A DNA stretch of 60,799 nt, counting the filler, from Sphacelaria rigidula (lineage: Eukaryota): the NCBI GenBank assembly GCA_964200075.2. It is 6 parts of 6 records of this genome, joined end to end, with 100 filler letters (N's around TTAATTAATTAA, not from the genome) between each part and the next. Parts side by side here need not be neighbours in the genome. Positions count along the whole stretch, not along the records: positions 30,451 to 40,500 come from CAXNAA020007250.1; positions 40,601 to 50,650 come from CAXNAA020007251.1; positions 50,751 to 60,799 come from CAXNAA020007252.1; 3 more parts are not named here. One strand, given 5' to 3'. Positions 39,775-52,761 of the stretch are shown piece by piece. The first letter of the stretch is position 1. Every line of letters begins with the position of its first letter. A model generated the notes under the pieces. That model was not told where the DNA came from. It searched no databases and was given only the letters and a program-made list of their open reading frames with translations. Position numbers and translations under genes: made by a program.

Positions 39775-40500
39775 TTTTTTAATCTTGAAGGAATGAGGAA
39801 ATCTCACCCCAACACTTACCTCGCGAGCGGGTTCGTGTGTCGATTAATTACCCCGAGGCTCGGCTAGACCGCCTCACGGCTCTCATGTGGGGTAGGCGAC
39901 CCGAGCGTTCGAAAAGTTGTGCTCAAGGCGGTGTCGAGGTTGAACTCCACTTTGACTCCGTCAACTTGGCGCAGTACACGCGCCGCGTCACTCGTACGAG
40001 CTTCGGATCTGATGTTCAGTCTTTGAGTTCGGCCTATCCCCTCTTCTTGTTGTCCACATAGCTGACAGCTTCTCCGAATGCACCAAAACTCTGAAAACAT
40101 GGGCGGATATTAGTATACAGCATTGGTACAGTAGTCGTCGTGCACGCGACCACGACAAAAGCGTGAAAGCGTGTACCGCACGAAAAAGATGTTGGCTCAC
40201 AACCGGTCAGGGGTGCCATTATCCATAAATTATCCAGCCGGCAAATTTGCTCCCCGATGGCCACAAGAACAGCTGACACACCAAAACTCCTTGGTTTTAT
40301 GCTGCTCTCGTCAAGGCGAACCCTGGGTGATCGAAATGGTCGTTCAGTTCCGTATACTGGTGAAGAAACAGTAGGAACAAGGTTTTTGCCAAGGTTATGT
40401 GGTCATTTCCTCATTCTCGACCGCTTTTGGGGGGGGGGGGGGGCGTATTCATTTGTTGCTTGCCTTAGTCGTTTGACCATTAACCACCCTTCCCTTCCGA

Positions 40501-40600
40501 NNNNNNNNNNNNNNNNNNNNNNNNNNNNNNNNNNNNNNNNNNNNTTAATTAATTAANNNNNNNNNNNNNNNNNNNNNNNNNNNNNNNNNNNNNNNNNNNN
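40501..40600. other. Artificial contig linker
   Basis: N44-TTAATTAATTAA-N44. Confidence 0.98.
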
Positions 40601-40789
40601 TATTCATTTTTTTTCGTTTTCTTGGTGCCAATGCCCCCCCGAATGATGTGCGTGAAAAATCCGGAGCGAAAACGGTGAAAATGGCGTGTTTTGCTGTTTT
40701 CGCGTTTCTGGACATTTTTCGTACCTTTCTTGGGCAAAAAGGAGAAGGTATACCTTTACTAGGCCATCTCCCGTGTTTTTATTATGACC

Positions 40790-40988
40790 CACTGGGGTCG
40801 TGTCTTATAAAAAAAATCGTGTCGAAAACGTGCGGTCGAATCGAATTCGCTCGTTTCTGATTCGTCCACACTACTAATTTTTTCAGATGGTTGAGAACAT
40901 GAATGTCGTGGACGTATCTGGTACAAGCCATTCGATTCCACCGTACGTTTTCGAGTCGAAAACAATTTGATAAGACACGGCCTCAGTG
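40790..40988. mobile_element. CACTA/CMC-superfamily MITE (CACTG termini, 3-bp TSD)
   Basis: ACC|CACTGGGGTCGTGTCTTAT ... ATAAGACACGGCCTCAGTG|ACC, with ~55-bp imperfect TIRs. Confidence 0.8.
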
Positions 40989-41516
40989 ACCGGACCAAAT
41001 TGCAGGGTCCAACTCCAAATATTAGCCGGTGAATGGGCCTGCAGACTACGAATTCGCTTCTCGGCTGGCCCAGCTCGCACCTGATTTGAGTGTGAACTTG
41101 TATGGACGCCCATATTCAGATCTTACGTGGGGCTGACAGTCATACGTACTCCTAGCGTGCGCAAAACGCGTTTTTGTCCAAATCGCCGCCGGATTTAAGG
41201 TCTACCAACAACACCACACTCTACATGGAAAGCAAACACTTTACACCCCCTCGCTCGAGGGTTCTCGATATGCCTTGGGTTGGTGGTAGGTTTAGCGTTA
41301 CACCTAGGATTGTCAGCCCCCCGAAAAATCCGGATCAAATAGGCGGTGCATACTGAAACGAGGTATTTCTTCAACCATACATAGACTCTACGGCTTTCTT
41401 CTCGGTTCAAAGTTCAAAGGGCTACGCTGTGTTGGTTGTGTCAATGTACCGCGCTAAATACGTGCACCAAGGACACACACACGCACACACACACGCACGC
41501 ACACACACGCACACAC

Positions 41517-41860
41517 CTGTTCGCCGCCTTGGAGCTCGAACTCTTGGCGACCTGGAAAGTCACACCCTCCCACGCAACATGTAGCCTAGGCAATACCGCC
41601 GCACCCTCTCCAGGACGCTGGTCTGCGCTGGCTCTCTCCCCTGCTACACCACCGCAACCAACGGAAAGCACCATCAGTAGCAAAGACACAGCTGCAGTTG
41701 TCAACGCGACAGAGCGCACAGAAGAATCTGAAGCAGCTCGCAGTCTCCTCTTGTAAGACAGCCGGACGTGGATGGCCGAGCTGATATGTTGCCGTGTGGA
41801 GGGGATACGGCTGCTGTCCGTTACTATCCTTTCAGGGAACACGCCTCGGGTATTCCGCAT
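41517..41860 (-). CDS. Probable first exon of a membrane protein, possibly an ABCG-type transporter
   Basis: Hydrophobic stretch VALTTAAVSLLLMVLSVGCG, then LHVAWEGVTFQV (like the W-x-x-V-x-F-x-V strand that precedes ABCG nucleotide-binding domains); ends at donor AG|GTGTGT before a (TG)n repeat. No Walker A motif is visible. Confidence 0.35.
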
Positions 41861-42731
41861 ATCACCTGTTCGTTCGTTGTACTGGGTATCTCTTATACAG
41901 AAAACACTATTCAGCGCAGGGGTATGGTAGACCCAGGGCGAGTGAGATGCAACTGGCACGTATCTGAAACAGATGCAGCACGATATGGTTGACAAATTTG
42001 ATGGTCACCGATGCTCGACCACCCGCCGGATGGCACTGCCTGTCTGAACCAGACTGGACTTCTGTGTCTGCACACACATTCAAACATTCGAAACATGAAC
42101 ATCTTCGTACGGACCCATCGTGTCCTACTCCATCCATATTGCCATGCTCCAAGAATTGGTAGAATATTGAAATATTGGTTCCAGCCGTCTTCTGGCTGCC
42201 CCAACTCTTGAACTCATGCCATTCGAAGAGTAGGGATATATAGCTGGGTGTATGTTCGATTTACCTATATTCGTTAAGCAGTGCGTACACGGTGCATGAT
42301 TGATCTTACATTGGACGGCGGGTTTAGAGATCAAGAAAGCAAATGTGTCGTTGAAAAACGTGGATCAGTTTCGTGTCACACGCGAGCCGCCAGCCACCTA
42401 CGCCGTTGGGCAGTTGGCCTGGTGAGGACTTTCGTGGGAAGGTCCCCGAATATCTGCTAGTTTCTGCATGAATAGAGTGTCACATCGGCTCAGCGTGCCT
42501 TTGCTTTCTCTTGAAAAATCGCGCTACTACTCGCAAGTGAGCGCCAGCACCGGAGCAGACACTTGGCGAACTGTGAGCTGCCTGGCATCTATGGCAACAG
42601 TAGCGTACCACACCTTGCAGTACGGAACACTCGTTGGGCAGTGAAGTAGGTGTGGTGATAACGGAGTGATTCAGCCAAGCTACCATCAATTGCTGAATCG
42701 ATCAAGTACTGCACACAGAAAGCATTGGCAC

Positions 42732-45700
42732 ATGTACAGCCACGCAGGCATCCTCGTATCCCACACTGGTACTCGGCGGTCGCCGACTGTATACCACAGT
42801 AGTCAGAGCCACAGCCGCACACCGCGCGCTGCGGCCTTGATCGTGTGCAACTACCATATCATCGCGCTACTCATTATCGCATTCAGTTCTTCTGCCGTGA
42901 TCGCGACCAGAGGTACGACTGGTACTTCCGGCGTGTTCTTCCGGTATGGACGGCCGCTTGGCCATGCAGGCTTTGCGACGGGACCAGGAAACAATGAGGA
43001 AGATGAGTTTGCTGGTGTTGATGAGGCGAACAAGAGAACGACACGGCATTCTGAGGTGCACGGAAAGGGGTCCGGCGACCTGCCTGCGGCAACAGCGGTA
43101 GTAGGGGGTCAAGACTTTGTCAAGGTTGGAGGCCCAAGGGTGGGATGGGGGCGGCGGCGCTTGTGTGGGCCTAGAGTTGATACTGGAGCATTAGAGTTGT
43201 GTCGCGGTGGGGCATTCGAGCACAACTATGGGACTCGTCATGATGGCGATGGCGGGGATGGTGCTGATCATGAAAGGAGGAAATTTGGCAGTGGTCGTGA
43301 CCCTGTTCATGATGGTGATGGTAGTCGGGCGCGACGGGGGGATGCGGACCAGTCCAGCAATGGTTGTGATATAGAGGATGCCCTGGAGGACGACGGTGAT
43401 AGCTATTATGACGATAGCAGTGAAGAGTACGACGCAGACGAGGCGATGCTAGGAGGCGGTGGTAACGATGATGGTGGCAGTGATGGTAGTGCGGAAGAAT
43501 CTGACGAGAGTTATGGTGGTGAAGATGCCCCGGGTGATGACGATGAAGATGGCAGTGATGACTATTATGACGGGAGCTATGAAGACTACGACACAGAGGA
43601 GGTGATGGTGGGAAGAGGCGTGACGGGTGAAGCAAGCGAGGACGACTACGATGATTACCCAGAGGAACACCATGCCGAGGACGAGTCTGGATTCACGACG
43701 GATGCAGAGCTTGAACAGGTGGAAGATGGTTACGAGGAAACGGACGGAGAGGGAAAGCAAAACCTGCCGCCGGTAAGCCGCGATAGCGACGTGTCTGCAA
43801 CGTTCAAAATGTCATCAGTATGCGCAATGATGGCAAACGGGTATGAGTTGAACCCGGCCTCCAACTTTCTCTTCGTGCACAATCAACATTATTGCATTAA
43901 TGACGCCGAAACGAAGGTCAATATGCGAACCCTACCCCCATCGTAATCTGGCTGTTGTTCGGGCGACGTGTTCATTCCTGAAGAGGTTGCTGTGGGCAAG
44001 CTCGAGCTCAAGAATGCAGACAGCACGAAGTAGGCGTAGATTAGGATAGCAGCTATGTCCCCCCCGCCCAATCATTTCTCTGTCCCGACCCTTGCGCAAT
44101 GCTTTTGAAAGAGAGGAAAGGGGTAGCAATACTGATGGCACACGTTGGCGCTGCGCGTTTTTTACAGTCTTGATACCGAAGTTTAGCACGGCGTAGTGGA
44201 GTTGTACAACAGGATACTCTAACCACCTTCTGCATAAGTTTTTTACCGTAGACCATCCTTTTTGCTACGTGGATCTTGTTGGTTGGATTTTTCAGGTTTG
44301 GGACATTTGACACGGTGCTTGACCCCCCAAACAGGGAATACCATCACAACGTATCTTGGATGCTTTGCATCACCCTCATTGAGATGGGCCTTTACATGTT
44401 TTTTCATGTCCCGTTGGATACTTGATCAGAAGCCATTTTCGAGACCTCGGAACCAAGCGAATCGGAAAAGTGGGCTAGGCTCCTCTCAGTGAGAGTGGTG
44501 CAAAGCGTCCAAGACACGTTGTGATGATATTCCCTGTTCGGAGGTCAAGCACCGTGTCAAATGTCCCGAACCTGAATAATCCAACCAAAACGAATCCAAG
44601 TTCTACCTAAAAGACACGGCCTCATGCCCGTACATTTCCCCGTTCCACGTAAACGCGGTCATGCCTTTGCCACCATGCTACTACATACCCATCTCGTGTG
44701 AACTGACAAAATATCGCCAATTCCAGGCGGAGGGTGCTGGGGCCACGTCAAGTCGAGACGACAAAAAATCCATCGGTGTGTGTTTGATGACGTGGAATCT
44801 CGCGGAGGAAAGCCCGCCGGCCAGTGACGTAGATTTCCTGCGGCGCGTGGCGGAGGGATGTGACCTTGTAGGCGTCGGGGTACAGGAGATCGAAAATCTC
44901 AAGCCGCGAAGAAATGAAGGAGGCAGAACGAAGGAATGGCGTCGCTTACTTTTCAGGTTTTTATCAAACTGTATCACTGTGCGTTTCGTAGGGCATACTG
45001 AGTAAACAAGTACATTGTGTCTCCGTAAGTTTCAACCCTTATCAACCTTTGCGGATCTGTGCAGGTGCTGTGGAAGCCCACACGCGCCACAAAGGATGTT
45101 GTCCCCTCTTTCCCCTCACCTGCTATGATATGCGTCGTATAATGGTGGCAAATGGCGCCTCTTCATGACTATGGAATGAGTACCTTCTGGCTGCCACATG
45201 TAGTCAAGGACTGTAGGGAAAAGTAGCTTTACGGAACGACTGGTTTGACGTGAAAGATTTTTTAGCGGGTAAACAAAACCCGGAGTTTCACGATGGCTGT
45301 TGGGGGGCCCAATTTTGTACTGATTCATGAGCTCATAACTCCTCCTTTTAAGACACCACTATAGCTTGCAAGTTACGTACCTGTTCAGCAGCTTTGGGTA
45401 GGCCACGCAGACGCCGACGGCGAATCTGACACCCTGTATATCTGGGAATGCACTACTTGAAGACTTCGCTCGATGTTTGGTCTAATCTAGTTTGAATGAT
45501 AATTCACGGGGTTGATATCGCTCTGGTCGCGCACGGCTTGACAGGACGCTTGGGAAGGACTTTGTTCGGGTGGGGCACAAGGCGTTGGGCTCGGTGCAGC
45601 TGACCTTGTTTGCCAGGCGAGCGTTGATCGATCGAGTGAAGGTGTGGCGGATAGTCCATCTTGGGTGGTTTGTTGCGTTTCCCTCTGGTAGCGCGAAACT

Positions 45701-48700
45701 GTTCGAGGGTCGGGCGAACAATGATTCGCCTGAAGAATGACTTGCTGTCAGCGCATTTGATTCGTATTGTGAGTCATGGCACGGTAGGGTTGCACACAAA
45801 AGTTTTCAGGTTTTAATTGCTAGGAGCCCCGTATCTCGTCCAAAAAACGACTTGTGAGTACATATGAAAGCACGTCACGATTTGCCTTCCAACGGTCTGG
45901 GGATGTTCTGAATGAATTTTGAAGAAACGGGAATGTCCTGACCAATATTTTGCGTAGCTCCTGACCTAAAGAGCCCACGAAGGAGAAAAATCAGGGCCCA
46001 AATGCGCAACTGCTACCGTGGCATGACTCCGGTACAGATCAATCATTGAGCCTTGTTCCTAGCGTTGCACCATAGGTACGCGCAACACGAACACGTACAA
46101 TAGCGCAAACATTGCGCAGAGACTTTTTTCACCCAAGATTAACGCTTTTGTCTACTTCGAGAGCAATGAGGGCTGAGAAATCGTACAGGTGTTGATTGGA
46201 AGCAGCGATGACTCGTTCGACCGTTGAAACTGTTCCGCATGCTTTTGTTATATGTCACTTGGTGACTGACTCTGCTCACGCGTATCCTCGGCAAGTCTCA
46301 CGACAACAATCTCTCTCAGAGGGGAATCTCGGCTGGCATATGTGTGGGGTGCACGTTGCCAACGTTCCTGGGGTTGTCCAACTCTATTCCCTCAAGCAGC
46401 ATCGATCAGGATTTCTACCATCTAGTCGGGGTAGGGTACTGTCGAGGTCCTACCGCTCGCACGAGTATTATTGCTGCCGATGCGCCTGCTTTGAAGAAGT
46501 CCGTTGTGATGCTGCACAACCTCCTCAGATACATCGCTGTGTTATACATCGCATATTTTTCCGCCTGGCGATGTCAGGTGATCAAAGTAGCTGATGTGGC
46601 GTGTGGCGTGGGAAACGTTCTGCAGAACAAGGGAGGGATCGGTGCTTTTGTCCGCGTGGATCGAACCACATTTCTCTTCATCGCCGCCCATCTCGCGGCA
46701 CACCAGGTAAGGAAGGCCCACGTGAAGCAGCAAGTGGCGGGACTTGTTCGACTCTCTGTTGTGTCCGTATTATGCCCCGCACAAATAGCGTTTTGTTTCA
46801 GTCAGTAAGGTACGAGGTGTTGGGGGGCAGCCACGTTCGATGCCGAGGCGGGTATCTTTGAAAAGTACCCGTCCAACATATATATATATATATATATACT
46901 GCTGTGCAGTTGTTGAAGATGGATGCGCAGGTAAAGCTCCATGCGCTCGCATTAATGTTCTCTCATACTTGCAACCCCGAGATATCGTCCGCTGTTGGCT
47001 ATTCAGGCGCCACCCAGGTACGTTTTACTCCAGCAGTTACAATTGCAACTGACACGCGAGATCATGTTCAATGCACTCCGTGCAGCTAACTACATCGCAG
47101 GCGGTGTAATTCGCGACCTGTACACGTAGGTGCTGCCTACTACTGTGTGGTCAATACTGCGGTGTCCGCTTATTTGTGGATGCAACTTTGCCTACCATGC
47201 AGATGCATGCACACGATACCCATCATCATGTTCATGCTTCTGTCTTGCACTTTAGCGTTCGAGCTTACAAAATGTTCGACCTCGAGTTTTTCACGGCGCA
47301 CAGTATTTTCGGGGAAAGACACCTTGATCGGGGCTACTATTGGGCCTATTCGTCCGAATCGGGATTATTTTCAATGTCACGGTCAGTTTTCGCGCTTTCG
47401 ACAAAAGAAACTCCTCCCTCGAGAGCAACTTTCAGCAATTTTCTTCCTCAAAACTTCACGAAAAATATTCAAGTTGGACGAGAGGAGCTTCGCAGGATGA
47501 TGCGTTCAAGTCTGCTGTGATATCAGCAAAGATACCCCTCCGCCCCCCTCCTCGCGCTTGGACCCCTCTGAGCCCCTTAAACCAAAGCGTTACTTTGAAA
47601 CGGTGGATATCTCTCGAAGCGAAGGCAAACATTTAAAATTATGATCCATAGCATAGGTGCGCTCACCTATATAGCAGAGGGATTTCCAACGATATGTGTC
47701 ATGTTCCGTGTAAGTGCGTCGCTCTCCTTCCCTAAAACTCCAAATTTGATATCGCAAGCACCCCCCTGCATACATTACCATCCGTATGTATTACGTACCT
47801 CGAAAATAGACGGCCCCTTCCCTGTCCCTGTCTCTCTGCCTCACTCTCTCTTGCAGAACAAGGTTGAGGACCGCAACGCCGATTACTGGAGGATAGTGTC
47901 CACGCTGGAGCAGGAAATCCCACCGGCGTGGGTAACACACGCAGCGAGAAAACGAACCAAACGCTTAAAAGCTGCGCACGCCGCCGTCACCACACCCGCC
48001 AGACCGGCGAACTCCACGACCCAATTTTCCCCGAGGAACAGCTACTCCCCCAAGCCCGAATCGGCGTCGGCGGCGACAGCCGCGGTTAAAGGGAGGGATG
48101 TTCCAGGACGGGAAAGCGGGGATACGGACAGAATCGTTGCCGGGGGGGCGGGGGGCGCGGTGAGTAAGTCGAACCATTCCCGGGGTCCGTTTCAAGACCG
48201 CGTTGACCGTGTGTTCTTCTTTGGGGATCTCAACTACCGGGTGGACTTGTCTCGTGAGGATATTGAAATGGGGGTTTCTGTTGCGAGGAGGGGAGATGGG
48301 CGGGGGGACGGAGGGGGATGGCGAGCATGGACGGGGAGTCTGGGTCGGAAAGGTGAGAGATATGACGTGCTGCTGTAGGGCGAGAGTGCAGAGTGCTTAT
48401 GTTTTTGTCGTTGTTCTTGGAGTACATTTTGGTTTTCGTGTCATGTTTTGTCGATGCGAAGAATTTTTGCGTAGATGCTGTACAGGTTAGGAAACGTTGT
48501 TCGCACGGTGCAGCGAAGCGTGCGCTGGCGCCGACCCTGCACTTCAGGTTTTTACCATTGACAGCTGCTATTTTTGCCTGGGAAAATTTTTGCATGGCAC
48601 CTATGCGCTACAGCGTGGATTCCTTAACGCTCACATACACGACAAATAAAAAAACAACCGCATGCTCGCCTGGATGCCAAAACGTACCCGGGCTCTCCCC

Positions 48701-49849
48701 CTCACACAACTGGCTCTAGTCACCCATTTGCTTAGCCGTAGTTCTCGCCCTGTATCCTCCCTATATATTCTTCCCGGTAGCAGGCGTTTTGTATCCTGGT
48801 ACGGGAGCCCTCGATGCGCTGCTAGACTTCGACCAGCTCACGCGGGCTAGAAGTCAGGGCCAGGCGTTTGGGGGTTTTTCGGAAGGGCGCGTGGCATTCG
48901 AGCCGACGTACAAATACAACAAGGCAAGTGTTGCTTTTTGTGCATGATTTGTGTCAAAGGCGTCACTGGGAACTGCCGTCAGCGCCCTAGTTAACTTGAT
49001 GTTTTACGTTGAGTACGAGTAGATTTCCCGGAGTTTAGACGATTAGGGAAGACGTTTTGTAATTGCCACTTGTTCTTCGTCTTTGGTGGTTGAATTTGTG
49101 CTTCCATAACGCTTGTCGAGACGGGCCGCATGCATATACGTGGCTATCTCGCTACGGTATATCCGAGCTACGTACAATTCGCCGCGTAACTCGCTGCGCG
49201 AGAGATAGGAGGTCGTGCCTCAGTGAAAGCTTTTTCAGACGAAGTGTAATCGCCACATGGAGACGTTCTCAGGGCTCAGGCTTGATCATGAAAACTTGAG
49301 ACTTGACAGAACCAGGATTGTTGCTGTTGAGTGCGAAATGCTCTGCGTGTCTTCGTCGCTTTATTCTGACCATTGAGTATAAATGGAAGCGACAAAAATA
49401 GACGCATTTCGGATGGGGACTTAGCACGCTGAGATGTCCACGCCTGCACCGCAGCAATTCTCCACACGAGGTATCGAGGCCCTGAAAGAGCACACATGAA
49501 TATGTTCTTCAGTGATAACTTCACCCGCTTCGTTTTTAAGCACACCCCGCCCGTGTTGAAGATTCTGCTCCCCGTGGCTTCCGTAGTTCGTGTGTTGCGT
49601 TTTTTTTCAAGCCACCCTTTTAACCTCTCCTCCTTCCTGGTTGTGCGTGTCGTGTGTGAATATCGGCAGGGATCTGAAGTGTTCGACACATCGCCGAAGA
49701 TGCGGCCTCCAGCTTGGACAGATCGCATTCTCTTCTCCCCGGGAGGTCCCTCGGGGGTTTCTGTACTAGAGTACAACAGCGAGCCTGGATCTTCGCACAG
49801 CGATCACAGGCCCGTGTACGCCACCTTTAGGGTTCGGCTTGAGGATTGA
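42732..49849 (+). CDS. Inositol polyphosphate 5-phosphatase (EEP fold), 7 exons, ~770 aa, with an acidic N-terminal extension
   Basis: Exons 42732-43772, 44727-44956, 45545-45641, 46578-46706, 47857-48352, 48784-48923 and 49670-49849 sum to 2313 nt in frame. Motifs: TWN, GVQE, NKGG, AHLAAH, GDLNYR, FEPTYKY, PAWTDRIL, SDHRPV. Joining exon 1 to the catalytic exons is inferred from phase and splice sites. Confidence 0.9.
44270..44598. mobile_element. Long-TIR MITE in 5-phosphatase intron 1
   Basis: ~105-bp inverted arms (ttggttgga..gggacatttgacacggtgcttgacc versus ggtcaagcaccgtgtcaaatgtccc..tccaaccaa); family shared with 11654-12130. Confidence 0.85.
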
Positions 49850-50519
49850 GTAACGGCAATGTTGCTATGTTGTTGCACGTCGGGGAAACGACCTTTTGAT
49901 TCGGATCGTCGACCTTGCATCGCGTGGTGCCCAGACAAATCTGGATTGGAACGATACAAGCAGTGAATGGGAGCGATTGCTGGCGGACATGATGGGCTTT
50001 CTGAGTGTCATGGATCGAAGGACGTGCATCGAATAGATGTGAAGCGGTAGATATATTCAATCAGCCCACCCTGGGCTTTTGTTTCGTGTACTACAGTCGG
50101 GCACGGTACATTTCAAAACGTTGTACAGCGAGGATGGGTCGCTGTGATGTTTGCGATAGCGACATTATTACTCTTTTTGTTGTTGATTCTTTCGAGAAAT
50201 AGAAAAACAGACGGAGGTTTGTGGTCATTCGGTTGATGATCTCGTATGGTGCTGTGCTTTGTAGCAATGGGCGAATGCGATGGTGTCCACCCCGCTGTCT
50301 GTGTTTGTAACCGTCAACCTGGCCAATGCATCCACGGGGTGCCCGCAACGGTCCGAGGCAGGCAAGAAGAAGAACCACTAAAAAACTGGGCTGCTTAAGA
50401 AAACCATGTTGTGTCAGATGATAATACCTTCATCACGGTACTGAGCCAGAGCAAGTTGAGCGTTTGTTTTTTTCTTGTGGCACTTTCGTTTTAACCCCTC
50501 GCCTTCCTCAGGACGAATC

Positions 50520-50640
50520 CGTGGTCTCGAGGGATCTCTCCGTCGCCACCTTCCTCCCCCCCCGCCCGGTAGCTCCGTCTCGAAAGGGATGCGTGGACGA
50601 TGGTCAATCGACTAAGGCAAGCAACAAATAAACCACCACC
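50520..50640 (+). repeat. High-copy interspersed repeat end (also at 40450-40500 minus and 50755-50820 plus)
   Basis: Shared (tctcga)aggga..gtgg..atggtcaa.cgactaaggcaagcaacaaa at three contig edges. Confidence 0.7.
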
Positions 50641-50650
50641 CCACCACCCC

Positions 50651-50750
50651 NNNNNNNNNNNNNNNNNNNNNNNNNNNNNNNNNNNNNNNNNNNNTTAATT
50701 AATTAANNNNNNNNNNNNNNNNNNNNNNNNNNNNNNNNNNNNNNNNNNNN
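50651..50750. other. Artificial contig linker
   Basis: N44-TTAATTAATTAA-N44. Confidence 0.98.
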
Positions 50751-52761
50751 CCCCCCTTGCCCCCTCTCGAAGGGAGCGCGTGGTGAAGGGGCAAACCACT
50801 AAGGCAAGCAAAAAAATGGTGGCCCCCCCCCCCCCCCCCTCTTGCCCGAGGGTTCTTGGTATGTGCCTTCGTTGCGGTTGAGGTTGAGGTTATCCCACAT
50901 GACGAACTCCCAGTCCATCTCATCAAGTGGTGAACTCGCCTGAGAAAAAGGAGCGGGAGAAGAAACAAGCATCCGAAACCAGCACATTGACGAGTCTAGT
51001 CGCCTCAACCAACCGTGGAATCGACTGGCGATGAATCAGTATGCTGCCTTGGGACGCTGGTTCCTTTTCCCGCTTTTTTGTTTTTGTCGGATGAAAAAAT
51101 GGCCTGGGGGCGAACTGCTTGAGCACGCATTTTTCGAACGCTGCTTCTTGCTTACAGGAGTGAAAGAGTTCATCAAATGGAAATCTCGGGCCTAGATGTT
51201 GGTTTGGTGAAGAGTGATGATACTGTCTCCGAGACCCATCGAGGGGCAAGGAGTTTCGCAGGCGTACTTGTTGGAACGCAAGACAACACAGCACGGTAGA
51301 GTTCATTACCCCACCTCGTCGAGAGGAGACCAACGCACTTTCCCGATTTGCCGACATTGATTCTCAAGTTTGGCGAAGTGAAACAATCGCCCGAAACCTA
51401 ATCAAGCATGACGAATGTGATGTCAGTGAAACTGGCAAGACATGATATGTCGGTCTCCACTTTCTCTCATGTCCAGTTTGGATGTTCGGCAGTTGCCATT
51501 TTCGGAAACGTGGGTACCGGTGACCCCAACGGCTCGGTTGGTAAATCCCAACACTTTTTTTTTGTGGAGACGTGGATTTCAATCTTGAAGTCGCACGACT
51601 TGGGATTTTTTTTCCCGCGTCATCATGCGCCCAACAGGAAAAAACAACTATGTCGTGTACACAAAGCTCAATTCCACGGTGTACGTGGTGAAGGGAATGT
51701 AGGAACCCTGCTCGAGATGAAGAGACATACAGGCACCGTGAAACCGTAAGAGAAGGGTGGAGTTTTACGACAAGAAAGAGGATGGAGCAACTTTCTGTCC
51801 TGAACTCCTTCTGTGTGACGCCAGCTGATGCGCCGAAATCATACCGCAAAGTGTAGATTGGGGTTCAAAATACCTGAGATGACAAAACTCACAACACCTC
51901 TTGAAGAGAACGGGGAAAGTGGACCGGGCTGAGCTCCTCTCGGGTGAGATGACGCGCATGTTTTCGTCTGTATCCACAAAAAACGTGACAATGATATTTC
52001 CTGATTTGGGATGGAAAACGGCCTTGAATGTCCACACGCTGGACAGGGACAAAATATTGTCAAAAGCTGCAATGGGCCAAAAATGTACGTTGTTAAGTTT
52101 AGACCTATTGCAACTATTGCACGGTTTGAACGAATCATCGCCGGTTCGAATAACCAAATCCACGATTTCTTGAGCGTGACTGTCGAGAGATGAGAAGAAG
52201 TCGACCGCTGGTCAAAAAGTGCTGCACGCCATTTTTGGGCCATCACACTTGCCTGGGCTGCGCGTACCTGGATTGATACGCTGAAACAAAGCTTGAGGAT
52301 CGACTCGTACGGCACGCATCAAATATACTCAAAAGCAATGTCCAGACTGATCACTAATTCGTCCGACCCTCCAGCTGTTGTTAATGTCCATGGTGGAACT
52401 CAAAGCCCTTGAGTTCCTGTAGGGGGCGATCCTCTGGAGCAATGACTGCACTATTCCAACTGTACATGATTCACACGCCCCATCTACTCGTACCTGCACA
52501 TCAACTCTCAACTGTTATGGAGGTGCCGTATTTCTACTGACGCTCGAGAATCTCGCGGAGTATCTTGTGTGCGCCACAGGAATTTACCGCAGTCACAAAA
52601 TTGCCTCCACTTTAGTCACACGCGAAAGAGAAATGTAGAATATTGTTGGGCTAGTCTCATGACAGCCAAGGGACACACTGCGCAGAATTCATGAGATACT
52701 GATTCTCGCATACTTCGCTCGCTGCACAATTTGTCGAAATGGTTGCTCGGGACGAAAACAG

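Noticed and set aside
43171..43760. His/Arg-rich and Ile-rich minus-strand ORFs
   Set aside because: Antisense shadows of the acidic exon.
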